DNA of 64,000 nt, from the NCBI GenBank assembly GCA_963714275.1, contig CAVQNT010000002.1, positions 64,001-128,000 of the forward strand. The letters are read 5' to 3'. The notes under the pieces are model-generated. The model saw only the letters and a list, made by a program, of their open reading frames with translations, did not search any database and had not been told where the DNA came from. This DNA is from Candidatus Bathyarchaeota archaeon (GTDB taxonomy: Archaea; Thermoproteota; Bathyarchaeia; Bathyarchaeales; DTEX01). The position numbers and the translations under genes are program-made. Below, in pieces: positions 53,065 through 62,510 of the stretch; the stretch's first letter is position 1, and each line of letters opens with the position of its first letter.

Positions 53065-53562
53065 TTAGATGGTGCTTTCTATTTCCCTTCTGCTCTTGCC
53101 GTCAAGCTTGTAAACGTCTTCTATTTCGTAAACGTTGTCATTGACATCCGTAATGATGACCCTGTCTCCCACGGGTATGATGCTCATCCGCCCTCTGGTC
53201 CGGAAGGTTCGGGCTCCCTTGTCCGTCACTATGTCCCACTCGAACTCATCGCCGCTTGTTTCTATTTTTTCTATCTTCACGACCTTCGGAATGAAGTACA
53301 TCTTGTCTAACACGAACTGCAGGTTCTTCTTGGATTCCTCATCTAGTTCATTATAGTTCCTGACGATGCAGACGTCAGCACCATTACTGTCTCTGAAAAT
53401 GACATATTCAGGATACGTTATCGGGAAAGGTTTGGCGGGAGTCAGATTATCATAAAAATTTCCATCAGCATTCAACTTCAGCGTGTTTTCTTTCTCTAGG
53501 ACGATTTTGACTTTCTTCGGATCGAGAATGTTGAGTTGGCTTAGGAAATCTGCAAGCGGCAC
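53065..53562 (-). CDS. DUF1854 domain protein
   Basis: PFPITYP, YFIPKV, WDIVTDKG..F, TDVNDNVY..LDGKS. Confidence 0.8.
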   Translation of the reverse strand: MPLADFLSQLNILDPKKVKIVLEKENTLKLNADGNFYDNLTPAKPFPITYPEYVIFRDSNGADVCIVRNYNELDEESKKNLQFVLDKMYFIPKVVKIEKIETSGDEFEWDIVTDKGARTFRTRGRMSIIPVGDRVIITDVNDNVYEIEDVYKLDGKSRREIESTI

Positions 53563-53566
53563 ATTT

Positions 53567-55745
53567 TCACCCTCTTTGCATCTGTAGAAGTTTCTGTTCC
53601 TCAGTAAATTGGGCTTGGTAAAGCTGGCTGTACAGTCCGCCTGTTTTCATCAATTCGTCGTGGGAGCCGATTTCGACTATTTTGCCTTTGTCCAATACGA
53701 CGATTCTGTCAGCGTTCTGAAGCGTCGACAACCTGTGCGCAATTATGATGGTCGTTCGTCCCTTAGCTAAATTGTCCATGGCTTCCTGTATCTTTCTTTC
53801 CGTTAAAGTATCCACTGAAGAAGTGGCTTCGTCCAGAACCAGAATCTTTGGCTCTGTTATGATGGCTCTCGCGATTGCGACCCGCTGCCTTTCTCCTCCT
53901 GAAAGCCTCCAGCCCCTGTCTCCAACGTTCGTGTCATATGCAAGAGATTGTTCCATAGCGAATTCGTGAACGTTCGCTGCCTTCCCAGCGGCTATAATCT
54001 CGTCTAAAGTTGAGTTTTGGCGACCGTAAGCAATGTTATAGGAATCGAGCCGTAGAACAGCAGAGGGTCTTGCAGGACCAAGCCGATCTGGGATCTGAGG
54101 CTTGTAGCCTTGATTTTCTTTAAATCTAAGCCATCGACGTAGATGCTGCCTTCAGTTGGATCGTAGAACCGTAAAAGCAGCTTTGTGAAAGAAGTCTTTC
54201 CTGAGCCACTTGGACCGACTATGCCGATTTTTTCTCCCGGCTTGATCTCTAAATCTACATTGCTGAGCACTGGAATGTACGGGTTGTATCCGAAGCTCAC
54301 GTTTTTGCACTTTAGTTCTCCTTTAACTGCATCTCCACGGCGTCAGAAGCGTCTTTTATGTCGGGTTCAACCTGCATGATTTCCAGCACTCTTTCGCTTG
54401 AGGTGATGGCTTGCTGAAGCGGCTCGAAAATCTGGCTTATGGTCTGGATTGGTCCGTAGAACATCCACATGTAACTCACGAATGCAATCAACGAACCAAG
54501 CGTTACGCTGCCTGAAATGACTTCTTTTCCTCCGACCCACCAGATGATGGCTGTGCTCGTGGATAGAGCGAAGCCTATTATGGGGAAAAACTCGATGTTG
54601 AGCCGAGTTATGCTGAGGTTGGCGGCGATTGATCTTTTCATTTTGTCGACTAGGCGGCTGACCTCGAAGTTTTCCTGCGTGAAAGTTTTTACTACAACGA
54701 CGCCTGGGATTGTGTCCCAAAGCAACGAGCTTATGTCCGCCCACCGCCGCCACGACCTGTGGTAGATTTTTCGGGATTTCTTTCGGAACAATGTTATTCC
54801 AACCACGGTTATGGGGACAGGGATCAACGCAAAAACTGCAAGGTACGGATTCATCGTAAAAATGATTATGCCTATGCCTATGATCTGCAGGGAACTGATG
54901 ATCAGGGTCTGCATACCCCACGTAAGGAACCATTGTACTCTGCCGACGTCGTCTGTGACCCTTGACATTACCCGTCCAGAGCTCATCTTGTCGTAGAAGC
55001 CCAGCGAAAGTCCTTGGAGATGCTCGTAAACGTGGATTCTGATGTCGTAAATCACCCTTTGACCAAGGTAACTAAGCGTGTAGCCTTGAGCTGGACCCAG
55101 AACCGTGTTGGCGGCGTAGATGGATATGAAGGCTGTTACAACGAAAAGAAGCGCCTGCGTGTTCTTGTTCACAAAGACATCGTCAATCAGGATTCTGGTC
55201 AAGTAAGGTGGCGTCAGGCTTATCGCCGTAATTACCAACGACAAAACAATTGCCAAAATAGAGTAATAGATGTGTGGCTTCAAATGTCCCATAAGCCACT
55301 TCACAGTCTGGCTTTTTTTGAAACCGTTTTTCTTGGTCAGGAAGTAACCGAGAATGTCCGCGTCGAAGGCTTCGGGCTTAATCTCCTGTTTGGCGATCTT
55401 GTCAATGAGCTTTGCTGCGTTGTGGAACTCTTCGAGATGTGCACGTGAAAACCTTATGACCGCTGTTTCTCCTTCGACTGTTTCGACAAAAATCTCCGCG
55501 TTGCCCACGTAATCCTTAACGGTCACTGAACGGATGGACGCGAGAGGAATTTTTAGGGTATGGTTTGTCGCTGGGTTAACAGTGATGACATTGCCCTTTG
55601 TCAGTATGAGCCATCTTTCGCCAAAGTTTCCGTTCTCGTCTATGTCGCTTAAAACGTAGTATATTGGGGGTTCGCCTTCGTGAAGGATGGAGTTAAGCAG
55701 ACTGGTTACTTGTTCAGGAAGTTTCTCTTCCTCTATCACACTCAA
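53567..55745 (-). CDS. ABC exporter, fused permease/ATPase with N-terminal PH-like extension (indels near 54330 and 54000-54040)
   Basis: TMD followed by GPSGSGKT, LSGGERQR, LDEATS, IAHRLST across three ORFs. Confidence 0.88.
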
Positions 55746-55833
55746 AGCCTTCCACGTATGTTTTTCAGCGGAAAATCCAGCTCCCGTATTAAAGTGTTTC
55801 GCCTTTTATGCTGCTAGCTTAGGCGGGATATAA

Positions 55834-55848
55834 GACTGTTTAACAGTC
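55834..55848. promoter_or_regulatory. Perfect inverted repeat GACTGTT-T-AACAGTC next to a minus-strand TATA
   Basis: Read directly; upstream of the ABC exporter. Confidence 0.4.
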
Positions 55849-55891
55849 ATGCATATGTTCAGCTAACATTCTAGTAGGCATCTTAAAAGAC

Positions 55892-56953
55892 CTAGATTGT
55901 TTGGACGTTTGAGGCTTTGAATGCTAAGTAAACTTCCATGCCCAAATTCAGCTTCAATTCTGCGAGGGACCGTTTCGTAATCTGGACTGTGAAAGGGTTC
56001 CCAACGTCAACCGTGACTTTTGCAACGTTGCCTGCGTCCGTGATCTCGGTTATTCTGCCTTTGAGAACATTCCTTGCGCTTGATCTGAATTTTTTTCTTG
56101 AGATGATTATTTCTTTTGGGTCAACGAAAACCGAGATTTTTCCAGTCTGCATTTCCGTCATCTCTATCTGGATGCTGTTCCCCACGTCCACAATAGTTGT
56201 GCCGTTAGCGGACGGATTTGCGTAACCAACGAAAGTGTTGTCCACGGCTGCGAAGCTTGCTAGAGTTCTTGAGAGACTCGAAAAAACCTCAGCGGAGGTC
56301 CCCGTTTCCTTTATTGCGCCGTTCTGCAATAACGCAATTCTGTGAGGTAGGGTTCGAGCTTGGAAAATGTTGTGCGTAGCCATCACGAACGTTGTCTTGG
56401 ACGTGCGGTTAACGGACCCAATTATGTCTTCTATGATCGAAGCGTTTCTCGGGTCAAGATTTGCAGTTGGCTCGTCAAGAAGAACGAGTTTGGTTTTTAG
56501 CGCCAACGCCCTTGCCAAAGCGACCCTCTGCTGTTCACCGCCTGAAAGATTTTTTGCAGCCCTTTTTTCGAACCCTTCCAGTCCCACTAGCCTTAACACT
56601 TCTTCAACTTCTTTCCGAATTTGGCTTTCAGGCATTCTTCTCAGCCTTAGACCATAAGTGATGTTCTTGAAGACCGTTGTGTCGAAGACCACTGTTTTCT
56701 GGAAAACCATAGTAGCCTGCATCCGCGTCTGCTGCATGTTTTTTTCCGTCACTTTTTCTCCGTTATAGTACACTTCGCCGTTTGTAGGGTTCTCAATCAA
56801 AGCCATAATTTTCAGAAGCGACGTTTTTCCTGAACCGCTGGGTCCAAGTAAAGCGAAAATTTCGCCTTCATCGATCCCCAGATTAACGTTGTCAAGCGCC
56901 GAGATTCCGTTAAAAGCCTTCGAAACATTCTTTAGTTCAACGATTAAGCCCAC
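55892..56953 (-). CDS. tupC: Tungstate/molybdate ABC ATPase with TOBE domain
   Basis: GPSGSGKT, LSGGEQQR, SARNVLKG..FKAS. Confidence 0.88.
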   Translation of the reverse strand: MGLIVELKNVSKAFNGISALDNVNLGIDEGEIFALLGPSGSGKTSLLKIMALIENPTNGEVYYNGEKVTEKNMQQTRMQATMVFQKTVVFDTTVFKNITYGLRLRRMPESQIRKEVEEVLRLVGLEGFEKRAAKNLSGGEQQRVALARALALKTKLVLLDEPTANLDPRNASIIEDIIGSVNRTSKTTFVMATHNIFQARTLPHRIALLQNGAIKETGTSAEVFSSLSRTLASFAAVDNTFVGYANPSANGTTIVDVGNSIQIEMTEMQTGKISVFVDPKEIIISRKKFRSSARNVLKGRITEITDAGNVAKVTVDVGNPFTVQITKRSLAELKLNLGMEVYLAFKASNVQTI

Positions 56954-57663
56954 TTTCTCCTCCTCTGCAAAAAGTTAACTGTAAGGGTTATGCCGAACAC
57001 CACTATGAACAGAATTATGGCGAGTGCAATGCTGAGCTCTAAGATGCCTTTGTTTGTTTCATTCGCAATAGTTGTCGTGAGGACGCTTGTGAATCCTGAA
57101 ATGTTCCCTCCGACCATTTGGGCAACCCCTAACTCCGCGACTGCGCGGTTAAAACTTGACACAGTTGCAAGTATAACCCCGTCTAAGGCTTCTCTGAAAA
57201 CGGCGAAAAAAGCTTGGTCTTCAGATGCGCCTAAGGTCTTCGCCAAATCCTCAATCTCTGAACTTACGGCTTCCAAAGCGTTGGCGGAGAAGCTTACAAC
57301 AATTGGCGATACCAAAATAGCCTCACCGATTATTATCGCCGTTGGAGTGTAGAGCAAATGTAAGAAACCAAGTATGCCAGTCCTGTGAATGAACAGGTAG
57401 AGAATTAAGCCTAAACCTACAGTGGGTATGCCGATTAGAGCGTTGAAAAACCCTTTTATAAACAGTTTTCCACGAAAGTCTTTGAGTCCCAAAAGCACCG
57501 CGATCGGGATTCCCCACAAAACCGCTATGAGCACAGCTGCCCCAGAAATGTACAGTGAACGAAGAGCGACATCAAGAACAGTGGGGTCTCCGGAGATGAT
57601 GAGCTGAAAGGCTTTTTCTAACCCCTCTACTAATTTGTCCAATTCATCGTCGCCATTCATCAA
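56944..57663 (-). CDS. tupB: Tungstate ABC permease
   Basis: GIPTVGLGL, AELG..MVGGNI. Confidence 0.9.
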   Translation of the reverse strand: MMNGDDELDKLVEGLEKAFQLIISGDPTVLDVALRSLYISGAAVLIAVLWGIPIAVLLGLKDFRGKLFIKGFFNALIGIPTVGLGLILYLFIHRTGILGFLHLLYTPTAIIIGEAILVSPIVVSFSANALEAVSSEIEDLAKTLGASEDQAFFAVFREALDGVILATVSSFNRAVAELGVAQMVGGNISGFTSVLTTTIANETNKGILELSIALAIILFIVVFGITLTVNFLQRRRKWA

Positions 57664-57683
57664 CTATGAATTGGCGGACCCTA

Positions 57684-58685
57684 TTAACTGTAAAGGTCAT
57701 CTTGGTTATAGCGATACGCAGGTGGACACTCTGTTCCGTTGATGAAGGCGTAATCCATAATCCACTGGGCAATTTGGCTAGTTGAATTCTGCTTTAGAAG
57801 CTGAACAGTGCCATAAAACAGGCTTTGACCGTATTCGGATACCCCGTAGTTTTCTATCATACTTTGCCCTTCATCGGACACCAAGTATCTTATGAAGGTC
57901 ATTGCATCTCGAAAGTTTATCGATGAATGAAGAGTCTGGTTTGCAGCAATAGACGGCTTCACAGCGATCACGCTGTAGACGTTCAGTAAATCTTTACCCT
58001 GCGTTGCAAGCGGCACGAGGCTTATTTGCCCCTGTTTGGAGTACGCGAGGTACGTTCCCATGTCTGTAAGCGTATAGCCGAGGTACTCGTCAGCCATCAT
58101 GAGAGTTTCGCCCATTCCACCTTGTCGGCTAACATACCAAGGTTCCTCTGACAAAAGTGTATAGTTAAAGCCAGCCTTTTTCCAAAGACTTTGTTCTTTC
58201 GTGTGCGTGCCTGAGCCGTCGCCTCTTGAAACCCAAATGTAGCCTGTTTGGTTCCTTCCATAATTCACTATTTGCTGTAACGCCACGATGGGGGTTGTCC
58301 CGTTTATGTGAGCTGGATTCGTAGCTGGTCCGACTATTGCGAAGAAATTGTATGCAACGATCTTCCTGCAGATACCAACTCCATCTGTGAGAAAGGTCGT
58401 CTCCAACGAGGGCGAATGCACAAGTACGACATCTGCGTCTCCGCTCTCGGCATGTTGTATTGCTAAGCCTGTTCCTGCAGATATGAGGCTGATGTCCACT
58501 GGATATTTTTTCCCGAAATCCTCTTTCAATGCGTCCAATAGCCCAGTGTCATAAAGGCTTGTTGTTGTTGAAATTATGAGCCTTCTTGTGGCGAAATATT
58601 CTAGATAAATCCATGAACTTGATATTATGAGGATTGTCATTATTGATGCTACCAAAATTATTTTCCTTATAGTTTGCACGTTCAA
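57684..58685 (-). CDS. tupA: Tungstate-binding protein
   Basis: STTTSLYDTGLL, GTGLA, SRGDGSGTH, GMG. Confidence 0.92.
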   Translation of the reverse strand: MNVQTIRKIILVASIMTILIISSSWIYLEYFATRRLIISTTTSLYDTGLLDALKEDFGKKYPVDISLISAGTGLAIQHAESGDADVVLVHSPSLETTFLTDGVGICRKIVAYNFFAIVGPATNPAHINGTTPIVALQQIVNYGRNQTGYIWVSRGDGSGTHTKEQSLWKKAGFNYTLLSEEPWYVSRQGGMGETLMMADEYLGYTLTDMGTYLAYSKQGQISLVPLATQGKDLLNVYSVIAVKPSIAANQTLHSSINFRDAMTFIRYLVSDEGQSMIENYGVSEYGQSLFYGTVQLLKQNSTSQIAQWIMDYAFINGTECPPAYRYNQDDLYS

Positions 58686-58687
58686 TC

Positions 58688-58730
58688 ACCGTTATGCATA
58701 GCCATCTATTTCGGCAACATGATTTATAAA
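58688..58730. promoter_or_regulatory. Putative ModE box and shared TATA between tupA and modE
   Basis: ACCGTTATGCA-N6-TCTATTTCGGC resembles the ModE consensus ATCGNTATATA-N6-TATATANCGAT; palindromic TTTATAAA at 58723-58730. Confidence 0.5.
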
Positions 58731-58750
58731 ACTTACCGTCGTAATCGTAG

Positions 58751-59089
58751 ATGATGAAAAATAATAGAATCACGCCCGTCTGCAAAATCTGGTTCGAAAC
58801 AAACGGAAAACCATTTCTCGGAAAGGGCGGGGCACAAATCCTCGAAGCGATAAGAAACGAGAAATCCGTCTCGAAAGCAGCGAAGAAACTAGGAATGTCG
58901 TACCGCTACGTGTGGAACTACGTGGACCGCATGAACACGGTTCTCGGCGAACCCGTCGTCAAGGCTTACCGCGGCGGAAAACAGGGAGGCGGAGGAGCAA
59001 ACCTGACAAGCCTAGGCGAAGAACTGCTTCAGGAATACAGGCGAATAGAAAGGCACATGAACGAAGCGTTATCCGACGAACCGTGTTAA
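58751..59089 (+). CDS. modE: ModE-family wHTH regulator (no Mop domain)
   Basis: KIW..LGKG, SVSKAAKKLGMSYR, RGGKQGGGANLT. Confidence 0.9.
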   Translation: MMKNNRITPVCKIWFETNGKPFLGKGGAQILEAIRNEKSVSKAAKKLGMSYRYVWNYVDRMNTVLGEPVVKAYRGGKQGGGGANLTSLGEELLQEYRRIERHMNEALSDEPC

Positions 59090-59394
59090 TAGGCTGAAAG
59101 GCGCACTTACAGACAATTTTCGCCATATTTTATAGGAGAAATTCCTTACAGCCCAAAAACCAAAACAAACAAGAACAAATTATCCCAAAAAACAGAACAA
59201 ACGCCTCACAATACGGATTATTTTTCGCAAACCTCTGGTTTGTTGTTCGAAATTGAAACTCGGTTGTTGAACAAATCAGACCAGATAAATCCATTATAAC
59301 CGATGATGGAATGATAAAACCTTTTTTGTGGTTTCTCTCCCAAAATCCAATATACGTGTTCAGCAGAAACAATTTCACAAAACTAATCACCTAA

Positions 59395-60396
59395 GTGTTG
59401 TGCATGAAAAAATTAAAAATCGGCATGATTGGCTGCGGAGGAATCGCGGGAGTTCACGCTGAAAGGCTTAAAATATTACCAGAAGTTGTAATGGCAGCTT
59501 TTGCTGACATAAACGTGGATAACGCAAAGTCCTTTGTGCAAAAGTACAAAGGCACGTCATACAGCGACTGGCACAAAATGCTGGACAAAGAAAAACTTGA
59601 TGCTGTCTACATTTGTTTACCGCCGTTCGCTCACACGGACGAGGTTGAGCTGGTTGCGGAGAAGGGCATCCATGTCTTCATCGAGAAGCCCGTAGCGTTG
59701 AACATGAAACTGGCAAGAAGCATGGTTGCAGCAATTGAAAAGCACGACGTTAAAAGCCAAGTTGGATACTGCCAAAGGTTCAGCTGCAGCGTCGAAGAAG
59801 CCAAACGCCTCATCCAAAGCGGAGAAGCAGGATTCCCCGGACTAGCCGTAGGATGGTACTGGTGCCACTTTCTAGGAGGAGAATGGTGGAGAAACAAAAA
59901 CAAAAGCGGAGGACAAATCGTTGAACAGTCCACACACATTTACGATGCGTTTCGCCACCTGTGCGGAGATGTCGACGAAGTTTACGGACAAAAAAACATA
60001 AAGTTCTGGACCGACATTCCCGACCTAACCACCGAAGACGTAAGTAGCACGACATTCAGGTTCAAATCGGGCGCAGTTGGGTCAATCTCCGCTACTACAT
60101 GGGGTGCTAATTCTCAATGGTGGTTCCGCTGGCTGATTGCGGCGAAAAACTACACGATGTCCTCTGAAGCCAGCAACACTTTGAACCTTTACTCAACTAT
60201 GAACGCTGGGGAACCAAAAACCCTTACTGAAGAAAGGGAAGTTTACCTTCTTGAGTCCAAAGACTTCGTTCAGGCGATACTGAAAGACAAGAAAACAAGG
60301 ATTCCAATTCATGAAGGCGTAAAAACGTTGGAGTTCACCCTTGCCGCCCGCGAATCAATGGAAAAAGGGAAACCCGTTAAACTACCATTAACATAG
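59395..60396 (+). CDS. Gfo/Idh/MocA oxidoreductase
   Basis: IGCGGIA, EKP, GGQIVEQSTH. Confidence 0.92.
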   Translation: MLCMKKLKIGMIGCGGIAGVHAERLKILPEVVMAAFADINVDNAKSFVQKYKGTSYSDWHKMLDKEKLDAVYICLPPFAHTDEVELVAEKGIHVFIEKPVALNMKLARSMVAAIEKHDVKSQVGYCQRFSCSVEEAKRLIQSGEAGFPGLAVGWYWCHFLGGEWWRNKNKSGGQIVEQSTHIYDAFRHLCGDVDEVYGQKNIKFWTDIPDLTTEDVSSTTFRFKSGAVGSISATTWGANSQWWFRWLIAAKNYTMSSEASNTLNLYSTMNAGEPKTLTEEREVYLLESKDFVQAILKDKKTRIPIHEGVKTLEFTLAARESMEKGKPVKLPLT

Positions 60397-60404
60397 GAAG
60401 GTGA

Positions 60405-61211
60405 TTGACGATGAAGAAAGGCGTTAACGCTTGGATTTACCCTTCAGACTACAAAATTGACAAGATTCTCGAAGTCTCCGCCCAAATAGGGTTTGAAGGA
60501 GTCGAGCTGAACCTCGACGAGGAAATCCTGAAGATGCTGAAAACAGAAAGAAAAGCAGTAGCAGAGAAAGCAGCGTCGCTGGGGCTTGAATTGCCTAGTC
60601 TGTGTTCCGGACTATTTTGGAAGTATAACCTCGCAAGCCCAGATGAGAAGATACGAGCAAAGGGGACAGACGTCATAAAGAAGGGATGCGAGTTCGCAGC
60701 TGACATAGGCGCCTCGGTGCTGCTTGTGGTCCCGGCAGTGGCAGTTCCAGAGGTCACGTATCAGCAAACGTGGGAGTGGTCTAGGCAAAGCATTTCAGAA
60801 GCCATTCCAACGGCTAAGGCGTGCGGAGTATCCATCGGCATCGAAAACGTGTGGAACAGGTTCCTTTACAGTCCACTGGATTTCAGAAGGTTCATTGAGG
60901 ATTTTGATTATCCAAATGTGAAGGCGTACTTTGACGTTGGAAACATGCATTTCCTTGGCTTTTCGGAGCAGTGGATAAGATACCTCTCAGGCTTGATGGC
61001 ATGTGTCCACATTAAAGATTTCCATCGCCCCACAATGCAGTTCAAACCTCTGCTCGAAGGCGATGTCCCATGGTCAGAAGTGATGAAGGCGCTACGAGAA
61101 ACAGGTTACAATGGCTTCCTGAATGTTGAGCTCTCTCCGTATCCCGGTCACCCATTAAAGTCAGCCATGGACAGCAAAGCAGCATTGGACATTATTCTTT
61201 CGATGACATAA
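60405..61211 (+). CDS. Sugar phosphate isomerase/epimerase (xylose isomerase-like TIM barrel)
   Basis: IENVWN, FDVGN, HIKD, NVE. Confidence 0.9.
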   Translation: MTMKKGVNAWIYPSDYKIDKILEVSAQIGFEGVELNLDEEILKMLKTERKAVAEKAASLGLELPSLCSGLFWKYNLASPDEKIRAKGTDVIKKGCEFAADIGASVLLVVPAVAVPEVTYQQTWEWSRQSISEAIPTAKACGVSIGIENVWNRFLYSPLDFRRFIEDFDYPNVKAYFDVGNMHFLGFSEQWIRYLSGLMACVHIKDFHRPTMQFKPLLEGDVPWSEVMKALRETGYNGFLNVELSPYPGHPLKSAMDSKAALDIILSMT

Positions 61212-61297
61212 CCTAAATCAAAAAAGTTTAAGCTGTTTCCCTGTCTTCACTTTTTCTTGGCTTACTTAGGCTTAATAGGGTCTTTGCCCTTGCTAAT

Positions 61298-62497
61298 ATG
61301 AGGGACCTAGCTTTGAACAGGGAAAAAAGGAGACAAGTCCCAGAGGAGATGCCGCCGGGCTTTCGTGAACGTTACTTCTCTCTTTTCTCAGGTCCTGAAC
61401 CTGAAACGTTGCACGCTGACCTCTACCAAAGGCTGATTGATGATGGCACAGACGAAATTATCAAGCAGCTGAAAGCCTACAATCAAAACCGAAAAAAACT
61501 TGCGCAAAAATTTCGTGAAACAATAAAAGTCAAAAAACTTAAACAAGACGAAAAAGCAGCAAGCATACGGGTCGTAGCCTCCGACGCTGGATACAACGGC
61601 GTCGACCTGAGGTCCGCTTATCTGCCGCTCTATGCTTCTGCAGCTGTTGTCACTGAAGGGTGGACCATAACCGATGAACCTGACTACAAAGCAGGCGACC
61701 CAGACGTATGGTCAGACGAGTTCAGACCACAAGACAGAGAGTCTCTTTTGGCCACGAAAATTCAGTACGAAATTACAGAAGAAGCCGTGGAGCACTGGGA
61801 ACCGAAACTCGTAATTTTCGACGGCACGTTGGCTATGCATTTTCTGATGCTGCCTTCAGCAGGATTTTCGAAAGATTACCGTCGAGATGCGGATGAAACC
61901 CTAAGAAGCGCTGTTAGCCTGCTGCAAACTTGTTACATGAGAGGTATACCTATTGTGGGGTTTGCGAAAAGAACACGGATGACCCAGATCTGCAGGTCCT
62001 TAGGAGAGTCCAAGATGAGGGACACGGCGCTTTTGGACCTCGTTCTCAATTTGGGCGATTGCACTGAACCTGAGGCTAAGCCGACTAGAGGATATGTCAT
62101 TAACAATTACAGGAAAAAAGCTGAGGAGTTCGGTGTGCCAGCTTCCACGATTCCCAAAATCACGAACTTTTACTCTTCTTATATAAGAACTGGATTAACA
62201 ACTCCTTTTAGACTAGAGGTTCCGGAGTACTGCCTTGACCGTTTGGAAGAAATCGGGACAGTGTTGTACACGACTTCGGAGGAGGAGAACGGGATGCCTT
62301 TCGCCATCTGTGAGGCTGACCGACTCACAAAAGTGACCACAAGCGTCTCGAACATAAGAACCTTAATGATATATTCTAAGGCGTTGGACCTTGTCGAAAA
62401 AGGAGAAATGGATATGAAGGATTTAACAATGTTAGCCCTGCAACACGGGGAACCGTGGGCTATCAACGACGGAGAAACCATGTCAGGGATGACATAA
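61298..62497 (+). CDS. NurA domain nuclease
   Basis: ASDAG, IFDGTL, VGFAKR, RDTALL, FRLE, GMPFA..AD. Confidence 0.85.
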   Translation: MRDLALNREKRRQVPEEMPPGFRERYFSLFSGPEPETLHADLYQRLIDDGTDEIIKQLKAYNQNRKKLAQKFRETIKVKKLKQDEKAASIRVVASDAGYNGVDLRSAYLPLYASAAVVTEGWTITDEPDYKAGDPDVWSDEFRPQDRESLLATKIQYEITEEAVEHWEPKLVIFDGTLAMHFLMLPSAGFSKDYRRDADETLRSAVSLLQTCYMRGIPIVGFAKRTRMTQICRSLGESKMRDTALLDLVLNLGDCTEPEAKPTRGYVINNYRKKAEEFGVPASTIPKITNFYSSYIRTGLTTPFRLEVPEYCLDRLEEIGTVLYTTSEEENGMPFAICEADRLTKVTTSVSNIRTLMIYSKALDLVEKGEMDMKDLTMLALQHGEPWAINDGETMSGMT

Positions 62498-62510
62498 TGA
62501 GGATAAGGCG

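Noticed and set aside
59238-59259. CRISPR-like GTTT...ATTGAAAC
   Set aside because: Single copy, no spacers and no cas genes
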